Of a DNA stretch of 64,000 nt, positions 39,401 to 47,795 are shown piece by piece (position 1 is the first letter of the stretch; every line of letters starts with the position of its first letter). The notes beneath the pieces are model-generated. The model was given only the letters and a program-made list of their open reading frames with translations, was not told where the DNA came from and ran no database searches. A program made the position numbers and the translations under genes. This stretch comes from a virus, in the IMG/VR virus record IMGVR_UViG_3300027752_001458, positions 32,001 through 96,000 of that record; one strand, written 5' to 3'.

Positions 39401-42275
39401 TGTAACAAACTTTACAAATGTTTACGACAAGTCCACAGAATCAGACCAAGCAAATAATTCAGGTGACGGTAGTACATTTACTACTGGTTCGAGACCATTA
39501 GAAAGATTAACAGTAGACGGTGCTATACAACTAGGTCCAAGGCATACGCCAACAGACTTACTAGTTAACGGTACAATGTTCTACGATGACAATGATAACA
39601 AATTAAAAGGTGTACAAAACAATAGAATTATTGAACTTTCAGCTGAAACTGTTAGTACAATACACCCAGGTGACGGTACAGGTGACCACGCTATAACTAA
39701 TCCATTAAGTGGATCAACTTATTACTTGAAACAGCTATCAGCTGGAACAGGTATTAGCATGGCAAATGCCGGCTCTAACAGTGCAGACATAATCACTGTA
39801 TCAACAAACGATGCTCACATTAGAACATTGTTAACTGGTACAAGTAATATAACTTATAATAACACAACCGGTGTAATAAGTCAAGCATTGACAACAACAG
39901 ACGTTACAGAAGGCGACAACTTATACTTTACAAACGAGAGAGTTGACGACAGAGTAGGCGCATTAATTGTAGGCGGTGCAAACATCAGTGTAACATATGA
40001 TGATGCCGCTGGTACGTTAACAGTTGCCGCAGACTTAGATGGCGATGTTACAAGTGTTGTAGCAGGCGCAGGTCTTATTACAGGCGGCACATCGGGTGAC
40101 GTAACTTTAGACATTGGAGCAGGAACTGGTATAACAGTTAATGCAAACGATATAGCAATAACAAATTCAGGTGTTACAGCAGGTACATATGGTACTGCTT
40201 CACAAACACCAACACTCACTGTTAACGCACAAGGACAATTAACAGCCGCAAGCCACCAAGCGATTAGTATTACAGCATCGCAAGTTAGTGACTTCGACGA
40301 AGCACTTGACGACAGAGTAAATGGGCTAGTAGTTGGTGGTAGTAACATCACTGTAACATATAATGATGTTGCAAACACATTTACAATTGATGCAGATGAC
40401 ACAGGCGACATTACAGCCGTAACAGCAGGCACAGGATTAACAGGCGGTGGCTCCGACGGAGACGTTTCACTTAACGTTATAGGCGGAAAAGGTATTACTG
40501 CTAGTGCAGATGAAATTGCATTAGACTTTACAGATTTCAATACAAGCAATATTACAGAAGATACAAATTTATATTATACTGAGGCAAGAGCAGATGCTAG
40601 AGTAGACGCAGGATTTACTGCTAAGTCAACAAGTGATTTAAGTGAAGGAACTAACTTATACTATACAGATGTAAGAGCAGATGCAAGAATTACAGCGTCT
40701 GACACTGATGCATTAAGCGAAGGTTCAACTAACTTATACTTTACAAACGCAAGAGCAGACGCTAGAGCAGATAGTAGGTTTGCAACTCAATTAGCGGCAT
40801 CTGATACAGACGATTTAAGTGAAGGTTCAACTAACTTATACTTTACAAACGCAAGAGCAGATGCAAGATTTGATGTTAAAATTGCGGCGGCTGACACTGC
40901 CGATTTAAGTGAAGGCACTAACTTATACTATACAAATGCAAGAGCAGACGCTAGAATAACTAACGCATTAATTGACGAAGATAGCATGGTAACTAACAGT
41001 GCTACTAGAATTCCTTCACAGCAATCTGTTAAAGCATACGTTGATGCACAGGTAGATACAAAAGATGCACTTAGCGAATTAAGTGGCGATACAGATGATG
41101 TATCAGAAGGCTCAACAAACTTATACTATACAAATGCAAGAGCAGATGCAAGAATTTCAAATGCAATACTAGATTCAGATGCATTTACTGGTGCAACTGC
41201 AACTAACATACCATCAGCAGAATCAACAAAAGCATACGTTGATACAGCGGTTCTTGGCGTAGTTGGTGGATCGCTAGATTTAAGCAGTAAAACTACAGAC
41301 GACTTATCTGAAGGTACAAGCAACTTATACTATACAAATGCAAGAGCAGATGCAAGAATTTCAGCGGCTAGTACAAGTGATTTAAGTGAAGGAACTAACT
41401 TATATTATACCCAAGGTAGATTTAATACTGCCTTTACAGCAAAAGATACGGATGCGTTAAGTGAAGGATCAACTAACTTATACTTTACAAATACCCGAGC
41501 AGATGCAAGAGTAAGTGCAACATTACCTAACACAGATAGTTTAACTGAAGGTACGAGCAACTTATACTTTACAAATGCCAGAGCAGATGCAAGAATTACA
41601 GCGGCTAGTACAAGTGATTTAAGTGAAGGAACAAACGAGTACCACACAGCGGCAAGAGTTAATACACTAGTAGACAATAGAGTTACCACTGCATTCGTCG
41701 ATGCACTAAATGTTGATGCTGATACATTGGATAGTATTTCAAGTGCAAGTTTCATGAGAAGCGATGCGGCAGACACGCATACTCATACTATTACACCAGC
41801 AGTAGACAACAGTATTGACTTAGGATCAGGTTCTTTACGATACAATGAAGTACACGCAGTAACTTTCCAAGGAACAGCAAGTTCGGCGAATTTTGCGGAT
41901 TTGGCAGAGCGATATGTTGCAGACGAATCTTATACTCCAGGAACAGTTGTTGAATTTGGTGGAGCCAATGAAGTAACAGCAGTTACTAGAGAAGGGACAC
42001 CAGCAGTAGCAGGCGTTGTTTCAACAGATCCAGCATACTTAATGAATGCTCAACTAGAAGGCACGAATGTTATAGCAGTTGCACTTAGAGGAAGAGTTCC
42101 GTGTAAAGTGCTTGGGCCTATTAGAAAAGGTGATGTACTCATAGCAAGTAGTACAAAAGGCTTTGCAAAAGCGGCACCGTTTAGAGGATATCAAACTCCT
42201 GCGGCAAGTATTGTAGGCAAAGCAGTCGGCGAGTTCCTACAAATAGGCGAAGGCGTAATTGAAATCGTAGTATAA
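36477..42275 (+). CDS. Long repeat-rich fibre / virion structural protein (1932 aa)
   Basis: G/T/A-rich; AATKxYVD-type, TVDQQGRLT and TDDLSEGSTNLYFTNARADAR repeats; C-terminal ADLAERY...GTVVEFGG...GRVPCKV module; late promoter at 36437. Confidence 0.8.
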   Translation: MTNKTNFNPDGNLFVKGGITAEGTVVASGTGISSIAGELVVLGTGNTTIAGDLVVAGKMEVTGDIVFKSDTQTVNEADGYVINSDSDVATAYLQINSDVSNIRLSYSTNSATIGYAGITEHVNVNATSFHVSNNISAGGNLSADGQLAVTGNTTLSNLTVNSGLTVTGETGFAESITLPNDKSVIFTGGSTLTSTRWSGTANIADKLTTPRTITTQLTGDVVGTGSIAFDGQTDVTIAIATTGYRDDSVILGTDTTGNYVATIADSGNGRLVVTNSGSEDAAVILELGDTAVTPKTYGQADSIPQVTVDQQGRLTNASNVSIQIATSQVTDLDLAIQSNVSAGTGLTYTSATGVFNITDTITGASFGSATAVPTFTVNDQGQLTAAADQNIAIPHTQVTDFDTEVRALVSHVDAGGDGSLAYDSSTGVITYTGPSAAEARAHISVTDAGGDGSAAYNSSTGVITYTGPSATEVRAHSSGGDGIDYASGVIDVDATVVRTNTAGVQTISKDTTFTGTVDLTGSTVTALTQANSDTTTKVATTQYVENRIATVLGDAPAALDTLGEIANALIDDNNIGNVLTASISNTDSNAIVKQGTMAMIGDLDLGTNKIVSVGDPTAAQDGATKNYVDTANSEMLSYVNTANSEMLSYVDTANTNMQSYVDTANTNLQSYADDGKVAKTFNIGASYSFNLSTKLANGLIVSAESASLASPATANNTVAFSNLDDTQNLFINTVKFDHSYAVLHEGEQTVSGKVSTLVGDGTTTTIVTPTAHRATTGEAYAIYNTSDVATHGIFIATVINATTFTVPSSFNGSATGSASLPGFVDSNATADNQTRNGNLFIHGDVVFSRGIDAGETEGRKQGTGKITSAGDIVHAKSANATYAAAQSFISNVPQYHYKSTIGALTGATSVSAMAFTGSNIFVVTGAADTTDTYLGAEATGNINAVAGYASTEIGVARAHYQNWGKTTAFVGDFANVTNFTNVYDKSTESDQANNSGDGSTFTTGSRPLERLTVDGAIQLGPRHTPTDLLVNGTMFYDDNDNKLKGVQNNRIIELSAETVSTIHPGDGTGDHAITNPLSGSTYYLKQLSAGTGISMANAGSNSADIITVSTNDAHIRTLLTGTSNITYNNTTGVISQALTTTDVTEGDNLYFTNERVDDRVGALIVGGANISVTYDDAAGTLTVAADLDGDVTSVVAGAGLITGGTSGDVTLDIGAGTGITVNANDIAITNSGVTAGTYGTASQTPTLTVNAQGQLTAASHQAISITASQVSDFDEALDDRVNGLVVGGSNITVTYNDVANTFTIDADDTGDITAVTAGTGLTGGGSDGDVSLNVIGGKGITASADEIALDFTDFNTSNITEDTNLYYTEARADARVDAGFTAKSTSDLSEGTNLYYTDVRADARITASDTDALSEGSTNLYFTNARADARADSRFATQLAASDTDDLSEGSTNLYFTNARADARFDVKIAAADTADLSEGTNLYYTNARADARITNALIDEDSMVTNSATRIPSQQSVKAYVDAQVDTKDALSELSGDTDDVSEGSTNLYYTNARADARISNAILDSDAFTGATATNIPSAESTKAYVDTAVLGVVGGSLDLSSKTTDDLSEGTSNLYYTNARADARISAASTSDLSEGTNLYYTQGRFNTAFTAKDTDALSEGSTNLYFTNTRADARVSATLPNTDSLTEGTSNLYFTNARADARITAASTSDLSEGTNEYHTAARVNTLVDNRVTTAFVDALNVDADTLDSISSASFMRSDAADTHTHTITPAVDNSIDLGSGSLRYNEVHAVTFQGTASSANFADLAERYVADESYTPGTVVEFGGANEVTAVTREGTPAVAGVVSTDPAYLMNAQLEGTNVIAVALRGRVPCKVLGPIRKGDVLIASSTKGFAKAAPFRGYQTPAASIVGKAVGEFLQIGEGVIEIVV
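38355..38489 (+). repeat. 33-bp tandem repeat, four copies (11-aa coiled coil)
   Basis: YVDTANSEMLS / YVNTANSEMLS / YVDTANTNMQS / YVDTANTNLQS. Confidence 0.85.
40540..41660 (+). repeat. Array of about ten TxDLSEG(S)TNLY(F/Y)TNARADAR repeats
   Basis: Recurrent DNA of the form aacttatact(t/a)tacaaa...gcaagagcaga within the fibre gene. Confidence 0.85.
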
Positions 42276-42293
42276 AAATCGGATAACAAGTTA

Positions 42294-42746
42294 ATGAGAT
42301 TTATTATAATCGGTGTATTATTATCTATGTTCTCAGCAAGCGTTTTAGCAATGCCTGTACTAGAAGAACCGGAATTAATATTTACTAATAGGTTAAACCC
42401 ACTAAGTATATTCAATCCACCAAAAGAACCAGAATTGGTATTTACTAAACCTTTCGACACCACTCTTCGTCTCAAACATTATGAAGATGGTCGTAAGGCT
42501 AAGATGTATTGGTATGCTATCAATGCTCTAGATGTGTACACTACTTATAGTGGATTGAGACAAAATGGAAATTTGTATGAAGTCAATCCATTGCTACCAG
42601 ACAGACCTAGTTTATCACAGTTGATTTTACACAAGGCAGTGCTATTAACTGTATATGATCGCCATCTTGCATTTACGAAACAGGATTATCGCTATTTGAA
42701 TTTCATCCTTACTACTGTTGTCATTAATAATAAATCACTTTACTAG
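42294..42746 (+). CDS. Signal-peptide-bearing membrane/secreted hypothetical protein
   Basis: Signal peptide ending VLA; duplicated EPEL(I/V)FT; NALDVYTT...YEVNPLL motif. Confidence 0.6.
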   Translation: MRFIIIGVLLSMFSASVLAMPVLEEPELIFTNRLNPLSIFNPPKEPELVFTKPFDTTLRLKHYEDGRKAKMYWYAINALDVYTTYSGLRQNGNLYEVNPLLPDRPSLSQLILHKAVLLTVYDRHLAFTKQDYRYLNFILTTVVINNKSLY

Positions 42747-42899
42747 AAGAAATAGTAGTTTAGTGTTTTAAAACACACCCCTTTCTAACTTTCTCGATAA
42801 ATACTGTTTATAAATAATGCGTTAGCATTAATTATGACTAGGCACTCGACGGAATGTCTAGACTACATAAACGTAGAACATAAAAATAGGAAGAATACG

Positions 42900-45800
42900 A
42901 TGGCCACAGCAATTCAATGGAGACGAGGTAACACTTCTCAAACCGCTAGTTTTACAGGTTTGGTCGGTGAGATTACAGTCGATACAGACTTATCTACCGT
43001 TATTGTCCACGACGGCTCAACAAGCGGCGGACATAGGTTAGCGAAATTCTCAGAGCTTTCAGCATTTGGTGATGGAGATATTACAAGCGTAGTAGCAGGT
43101 ACAGGTTTATCTGGTGGTACTACTAGCGGTGACGCTACAATTAATATCGACAACTCAGTTGTTGCAACTTTGACAGACTCGCAAACTTTAACAAATAAAA
43201 CATTAACTAGTCCAGTTTTAAACACTGGGATAAGCGGTAGTGCATTAATCGATGATGATTCGATGGGTACAGCTACAGCAACAACAATTTCAAGTTCGGA
43301 ATCAATTAAAGCATACGTTGACGCAGTCGAAACAGATGACGTAGCAGAAGGTTCAACAAACGTATATTTCAGCACAGCAAGAGCAAGAGCTTCTGTTAGT
43401 GGTGGAACAGGTATTACATATACGCAAGGCACAGGTGTTATTGCATTAACAGATGAAGATTTCATCTCAGGTGTAACAGCAGGATCAGGTATAACAGGCG
43501 GCGGAGCCACTGGTAACATTACTGTTGCTTTAGACTATGAAAACATGGCAGGCAACTTAATACCAACAGCAAACGTAACATACGATTTGGGTTCTACAAC
43601 AATGATGTGGAAAGACATTTATGTTGGTCCAGGTTCTTTATATGTTAACGGACAGAAAGTATTAGAAGATGACGCAGGTACAATTACAATTAGTGCAGAT
43701 GCAGATCAGAACGTTGCAGTTAAGACATCCGGTTCAGGTGATGTTGAATTAAACGCATCAGGTACTGGCGTAATTAACGCACAATCGAGCATGTTGTTTG
43801 ATGCTTCTAAAACACTAGGCGGCACAGGCGGATTACAGTTATCAAGTAACATCAATGCAAGTAGTAACTACATTAATAACGTAGGTGCTCCAGCAGTTGC
43901 CGGCGATGCTACAAACAAAACGTATGTAGACGGCACATCTTATCTTACTGGCGGTGACGGTATTGATAACGATTCAAGCACACTTAACCTTGATGCTACT
44001 GTTGTAAGAACAGCAGGCGCTCAAACTATTGGTGGTGCAAAGACATTTAGTAGCGATGTTATATTTAACGGTGACTTTACTGTTAACGGTACAACATCAA
44101 CAGTTAATACTGAAACAATTTACTTAGAAGATAACATTATTACTTTGAACTACGGTACTTCCGGCGCTCCAACAGAGAACGCAGGTCTTACAGTTGACAG
44201 AGGTAGTAGTGCAGATGTAAACATTCAGTGGAACGAAACAAGTGATCAGTGGGAAATTACTACAGACGGTAGTGCGTACACTAAGATTGCACAATCAACT
44301 ACAGACTTAACTGAAGGAACTAACTTATACTATACAACAGGACGTTGGGATACCAAATTAGCTTCTGCAGATACAGACGATTTAAGCGAAGGTTCAACTA
44401 ACCTTTATCACACAACGGCAAGAGCAAGAGCGGCAATTAGTGTTTCTGGTGACTTAGGTTACAACAGCACAACTGGTGTTATTAGCTTCACAAATGACGC
44501 AGGTGATATTGAAAGTGTTGTAGCTGGAGCTGGTATGATTGGTGGCGGAACGTCAGGTGATGTTACACTTAACGTTGCAGGCGGATTTGGTATTACTGCA
44601 AATGCAGACGATATCCAAATTGCTAACTCAGATGTTAGAGCATTGTTTACAGCATCAGGCGATATCAGCTATAATAACAGCACAGGTGTTTTTAGCTTCA
44701 CAAATGACGCAGGTGACATTGAAAGTGTTACAGCAGGAAATGGTTTAACAGGCGGCGGTGCAACCGGCGCTATCACTATAGCATTAGACGACTCTCATGT
44801 AAAAGGACTTGTTAGTGCTGGCGGAGACTTATCATACAATAGCTCAACAGGTGCTTTCAGTTTTAGTCATCCTACTATGTACAATGATGCAGACGCAACT
44901 GACGCGGCAAGAGCGGCAGTATCAGCAGGTGGCGATATAGCATACAATAGTTCAACTGGTGTAATTAGTTACACAACACCAACAGAGCGAACTGATGCAG
45001 AAGTCAGAGGCTTAATTAGTGCAGGTGGTGACTTGGCATACAACAGCACAACTGGTGTTATTAGCTTCACAAATGACGCAGGTGATATTGAAAGTGTTGT
45101 AGCAGGTACATTGTTAGACGGTGGCGGCACAAGTGGTGCAGTTACACTAAACGTTGACCTTTCAGAACTAACAGATATGACAGATGCAGTTGTTGGTACA
45201 GCAGATGAGATGGTACTACTAGACAGTGGTGTACAGAAGCGTAAACTTATTAGCGAAATCACACTAAGTGACTTCAGTAATGACTTAGGCAACTACGGTG
45301 GTTATACAAGTAACGTAGGTGACATCACAGGTGTTACAGCAGGAACTGGTTTAACAGGCGGCGGCGCAAGCGGCAGTGTTACAGTATCATTAAGCCACTT
45401 AGGTTTAGAGAACTTAACAGATCCAAACGATGATAGAATTGTGTTCTGGGACGACAGTGCAAGTGCTTTATCCTACCTAGATGCTGGTACAGGTATTAGT
45501 ATTAGTGGTGCTACAATGTCAGTGAACATGGGTGCATTTGATACAGCCGATCTAACTGAAGGCACTAACCAGTACCACACTAGTGCAAGAGTTAACTCAC
45601 TGATTGATACTAGAGTTACTAATGCTTTTGTAGACGCATTGAATGTAGATGCAGATACATTAGACGGAATTAGTAGTGCAAGTTTCATGAGAAGCGATGC
45701 AACTGATTCACATAGTGGAACATTTACTCCAAGTACAGATAACTCAATTGACTTAGGTTCAAGTTCTTTACGATATAATGAAGTATACGCAGTAACTTTC

Positions 45801-46190
45801 CAAGGAACAGCAAGTTCGGCGCAGTTTGCGGATTTGGCTGAGAAATACGAAAGTGATGCAGAACTAGATGCTGGTACAGTTGTTATGTTTGGCGGTGAAA
45901 AAGAAATTACTGCATGTGATAGTGAAAACTGTCATGCAGTTGCAGGTGTTATTAGTACAGATCCAGCATACATGATGAATGCAGGCGGCGAAGGTCAATA
46001 TGTAGCATTAACAGGAAGAGTACCTACTAAGGTTACTGGACCAGTTGCTAAAGGTGACTTGATGGTTTCCGCAGGAAACGGTATGGCTAAATCAAATAAC
46101 GAAGCACAAGCAGGAAGAATAATTGGTAAAGCAGTTGAATCTTCTGAAGGTGGCGAAGCAGTTATTGAAGTATTAGTTAACATGATGTAA
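42900..46190 (+). CDS. Fibre protein with Mtd-N-like N-terminus
   Basis: AGGA RBS then ATG at 42900; QWRRG...FTGLVGEITVDTD...VHDG head; YNSTTGVISF repeats; same C-terminal module as the preceding fibre gene. Confidence 0.8.
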   Translation: MATAIQWRRGNTSQTASFTGLVGEITVDTDLSTVIVHDGSTSGGHRLAKFSELSAFGDGDITSVVAGTGLSGGTTSGDATINIDNSVVATLTDSQTLTNKTLTSPVLNTGISGSALIDDDSMGTATATTISSSESIKAYVDAVETDDVAEGSTNVYFSTARARASVSGGTGITYTQGTGVIALTDEDFISGVTAGSGITGGGATGNITVALDYENMAGNLIPTANVTYDLGSTTMMWKDIYVGPGSLYVNGQKVLEDDAGTITISADADQNVAVKTSGSGDVELNASGTGVINAQSSMLFDASKTLGGTGGLQLSSNINASSNYINNVGAPAVAGDATNKTYVDGTSYLTGGDGIDNDSSTLNLDATVVRTAGAQTIGGAKTFSSDVIFNGDFTVNGTTSTVNTETIYLEDNIITLNYGTSGAPTENAGLTVDRGSSADVNIQWNETSDQWEITTDGSAYTKIAQSTTDLTEGTNLYYTTGRWDTKLASADTDDLSEGSTNLYHTTARARAAISVSGDLGYNSTTGVISFTNDAGDIESVVAGAGMIGGGTSGDVTLNVAGGFGITANADDIQIANSDVRALFTASGDISYNNSTGVFSFTNDAGDIESVTAGNGLTGGGATGAITIALDDSHVKGLVSAGGDLSYNSSTGAFSFSHPTMYNDADATDAARAAVSAGGDIAYNSSTGVISYTTPTERTDAEVRGLISAGGDLAYNSTTGVISFTNDAGDIESVVAGTLLDGGGTSGAVTLNVDLSELTDMTDAVVGTADEMVLLDSGVQKRKLISEITLSDFSNDLGNYGGYTSNVGDITGVTAGTGLTGGGASGSVTVSLSHLGLENLTDPNDDRIVFWDDSASALSYLDAGTGISISGATMSVNMGAFDTADLTEGTNQYHTSARVNSLIDTRVTNAFVDALNVDADTLDGISSASFMRSDATDSHSGTFTPSTDNSIDLGSSSLRYNEVYAVTFQGTASSAQFADLAEKYESDAELDAGTVVMFGGEKEITACDSENCHAVAGVISTDPAYMMNAGGEGQYVALTGRVPTKVTGPVAKGDLMVSAGNGMAKSNNEAQAGRIIGKAVESSEGGEAVIEVLVNMM

Positions 46191-46236
46191 AGAATCCTAA
46201 CTACCTTAGGCTCGTGATGTTGCAAGGCGTCACACT

Positions 46237-46266
46237 AAAGGGAGGTGTTAAAACCTTCCTTTTTTT
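46237..46266 (+). terminator. Rho-independent terminator
   Basis: AAAGGGAGGT-loop-ACCTTCC followed by a T run. Confidence 0.75.
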
Positions 46267-46294
46267 ACGGCTATTAAATGCTAAAGTTTGGATT

Positions 46295-46325
46295 AAAAAG
46301 GGGAGTAGTTAACTCCCTTTTTTTT
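46295..46325. terminator. Bidirectional terminator
   Basis: AAAAAGGGGAGT-AGTTA-ACTCCC-T8; lies just beyond the stop of the minus-strand small ORF. Confidence 0.75.
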
Positions 46326-46327
46326 GA

Positions 46328-46453
46328 TTAAAGAAATACCCGTTGACTTATATTAACCAAGTTACCGGTTTTCATCATGTTATCAAATTTGCGGAAGTAA
46401 AGCGATGCATAACTGTGAGTTAGCATGGCTACTGTCCCTATTGGGTTCACCAT
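46328..46453 (-). CDS. Unannotated 41-aa protein
   Basis: AGGAG RBS; MVNPIGTVAMLTHSYASLYFRKFDNMMKTGNLVNISQRVFL; upstream CATAAATA at 46569-46576 and downstream terminator. Confidence 0.65.
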   Translation of the reverse strand: MVNPIGTVAMLTHSYASLYFRKFDNMMKTGNLVNISQRVFL

Positions 46454-46705
46454 ATTATTCTCCTAAAATGTGATGTTACACACATGCACACATGTTTGGG
46501 GTAACCTCACCTCGAATGAGGAATGTTACAACTAATCAAACGCTATGTTACAGTTGTGTTACAACAGGTATTTATGCAACTGGTAATTTTTTGTGCTTAA
46601 ACACGGCAGAGTTTAAATAATTAGACTAGCTAAACGATAAATACATTTACATAACACATATCACACACTTAGATAATAATAAAATAATAAAATCAGGTGA
46701 AGTGA

Positions 46706-47002
46706 ATGGAAGACATTTTTAAACTTATAGGCGAAGTTGGGTTGCCCATAGCAGGCTCCCTAACGATGGGCTTTTTTATATTCCTCATAATTAAACAAAT
46801 GCTTGCCGGCATTGTCGGTCAAATTGAAACACTCACTATGTTCTGCAAAAGCCTAGAAGGCCGAGCAAGAACAATGAGCAATGAGATGATAAAAATCGAC
46901 TTGCTTGTTAGTAGTGCATTGAATTTAAGACCAGACATTGAACGTATAGCAAGAGCCGAAAACTTTGTTGAAGACGGCAAATTAGATGTGAGGCGAGACT
47001 AA
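46706..47002 (+). CDS. Small single-pass membrane protein with coiled coil
   Basis: GLPIAGSLTMGFFIFLII hydrophobic segment; first gene after the late promoter at 46636-46643. Confidence 0.7.
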   Translation: MEDIFKLIGEVGLPIAGSLTMGFFIFLIIKQMLAGIVGQIETLTMFCKSLEGRARTMSNEMIKIDLLVSSALNLRPDIERIARAENFVEDGKLDVRRD

Positions 47003-47301
47003 TGGATATGGCTCAACTGATATCCGACCACGGCTACCCAGTAGTAGCAACAGTGGGATTGGGATATTTTATTTTTTATGTATGGCGCTTTATAGGTTCA
47101 GAAATTAAACCTGCATTAGGCAACATGCATATGGCGTTAATAAGAGTTATTGATCAGACGAGGATGCTTGATCAAGACATGATTCGATTACAACAAAAAG
47201 TAAACGTTGTAATAGAGTACAGACAGAGACAAGAAGTTCTAGAAGATGCAGAAGAAAAGACTGCACTTAGAGAACAAAAACAACAGGAAGTTAAAAAATG
47301 A
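47002..47301 (+). CDS. Small single-pass membrane protein (paralogue of the previous gene)
   Basis: GYPVVATVGLGYFIFYVW followed by a helical tail (RMLDQDMIRL versus RTMSNEMIKI). Confidence 0.7.
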   Translation: MDMAQLISDHGYPVVATVGLGYFIFYVWRFIGSEIKPALGNMHMALIRVIDQTRMLDQDMIRLQQKVNVVIEYRQRQEVLEDAEEKTALREQKQQEVKK

Positions 47302-47795
47302 GTAAGTTTTTATTAATAGCGGTTGGCTATTTTGTAATTGCTCTTGCACCAAGTGTACAAGCAGACCAACTAACACATAAATTTAAGTCTCCGAGTTTCA
47401 GCGGCATTGGAACTGGAGCACATTACCTTACGATTGAGAATCAAGAGAAAAGTCGTAGGGACAAAATTGCAGACAACATTGAATCGGCACTTAAAGCGGC
47501 AGAGCGAGCAGACTCAAACAGCACAATTAACAAATTCATTAGAAATTTAGAGAGTAGAATATACGCTCAAATCTCTAAAGGATTAGTTGACAGCATGTTT
47601 TGTGATCCGGCTACTGTAGTAGAGTGTACAGGTTCAGACTCAGGTGATTTTACAATTGAAGGTAATAATGTAAGTTACCAAATAGTTATAAGTGACGATG
47701 GATTAGAAGTAATGAGACTTACTATTGTTTCTCCAGATGGCACAATAACACAGATAGAAATACCGATTGGCATCGGCAGTATCGGCGGCGGATAG
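47298..47795 (+). CDS. csgF: Curli assembly protein CsgF-like
   Basis: Signal peptide, then QLTHKFKSPSFSG, NLESRIYAQIS and C-terminal TQIEIP; directly upstream of csgG. Confidence 0.8.
   Translation: MSKFLLIAVGYFVIALAPSVQADQLTHKFKSPSFSGIGTGAHYLTIENQEKSRRDKIADNIESALKAAERADSNSTINKFIRNLESRIYAQISKGLVDSMFCDPATVVECTGSDSGDFTIEGNNVSYQIVISDDGLEVMRLTIVSPDGTITQIEIPIGIGSIGGG

Noticed and set aside
38355-41660. CRISPR-like array in the regularly spaced repeats
   Set aside because: The repeats are in-frame protein repeats with synonymous variation inside a fibre ORF; no cas genes are present.
42763-42776. Palindrome GTGTTTTAAAACAC upstream of the second fibre promoter
   Set aside because: Different arrangement and spacing from the TTAAAA-N4-TTTTAA boxes and a single instance, so not counted in that motif.
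42900-46190. Diversity-generating retroelement suggested by the Mtd-N-like head and duplicated fibre segments
   Set aside because: No reverse transcriptase in the window; the duplicated segments are both coding and their differences are not confined to adenines.
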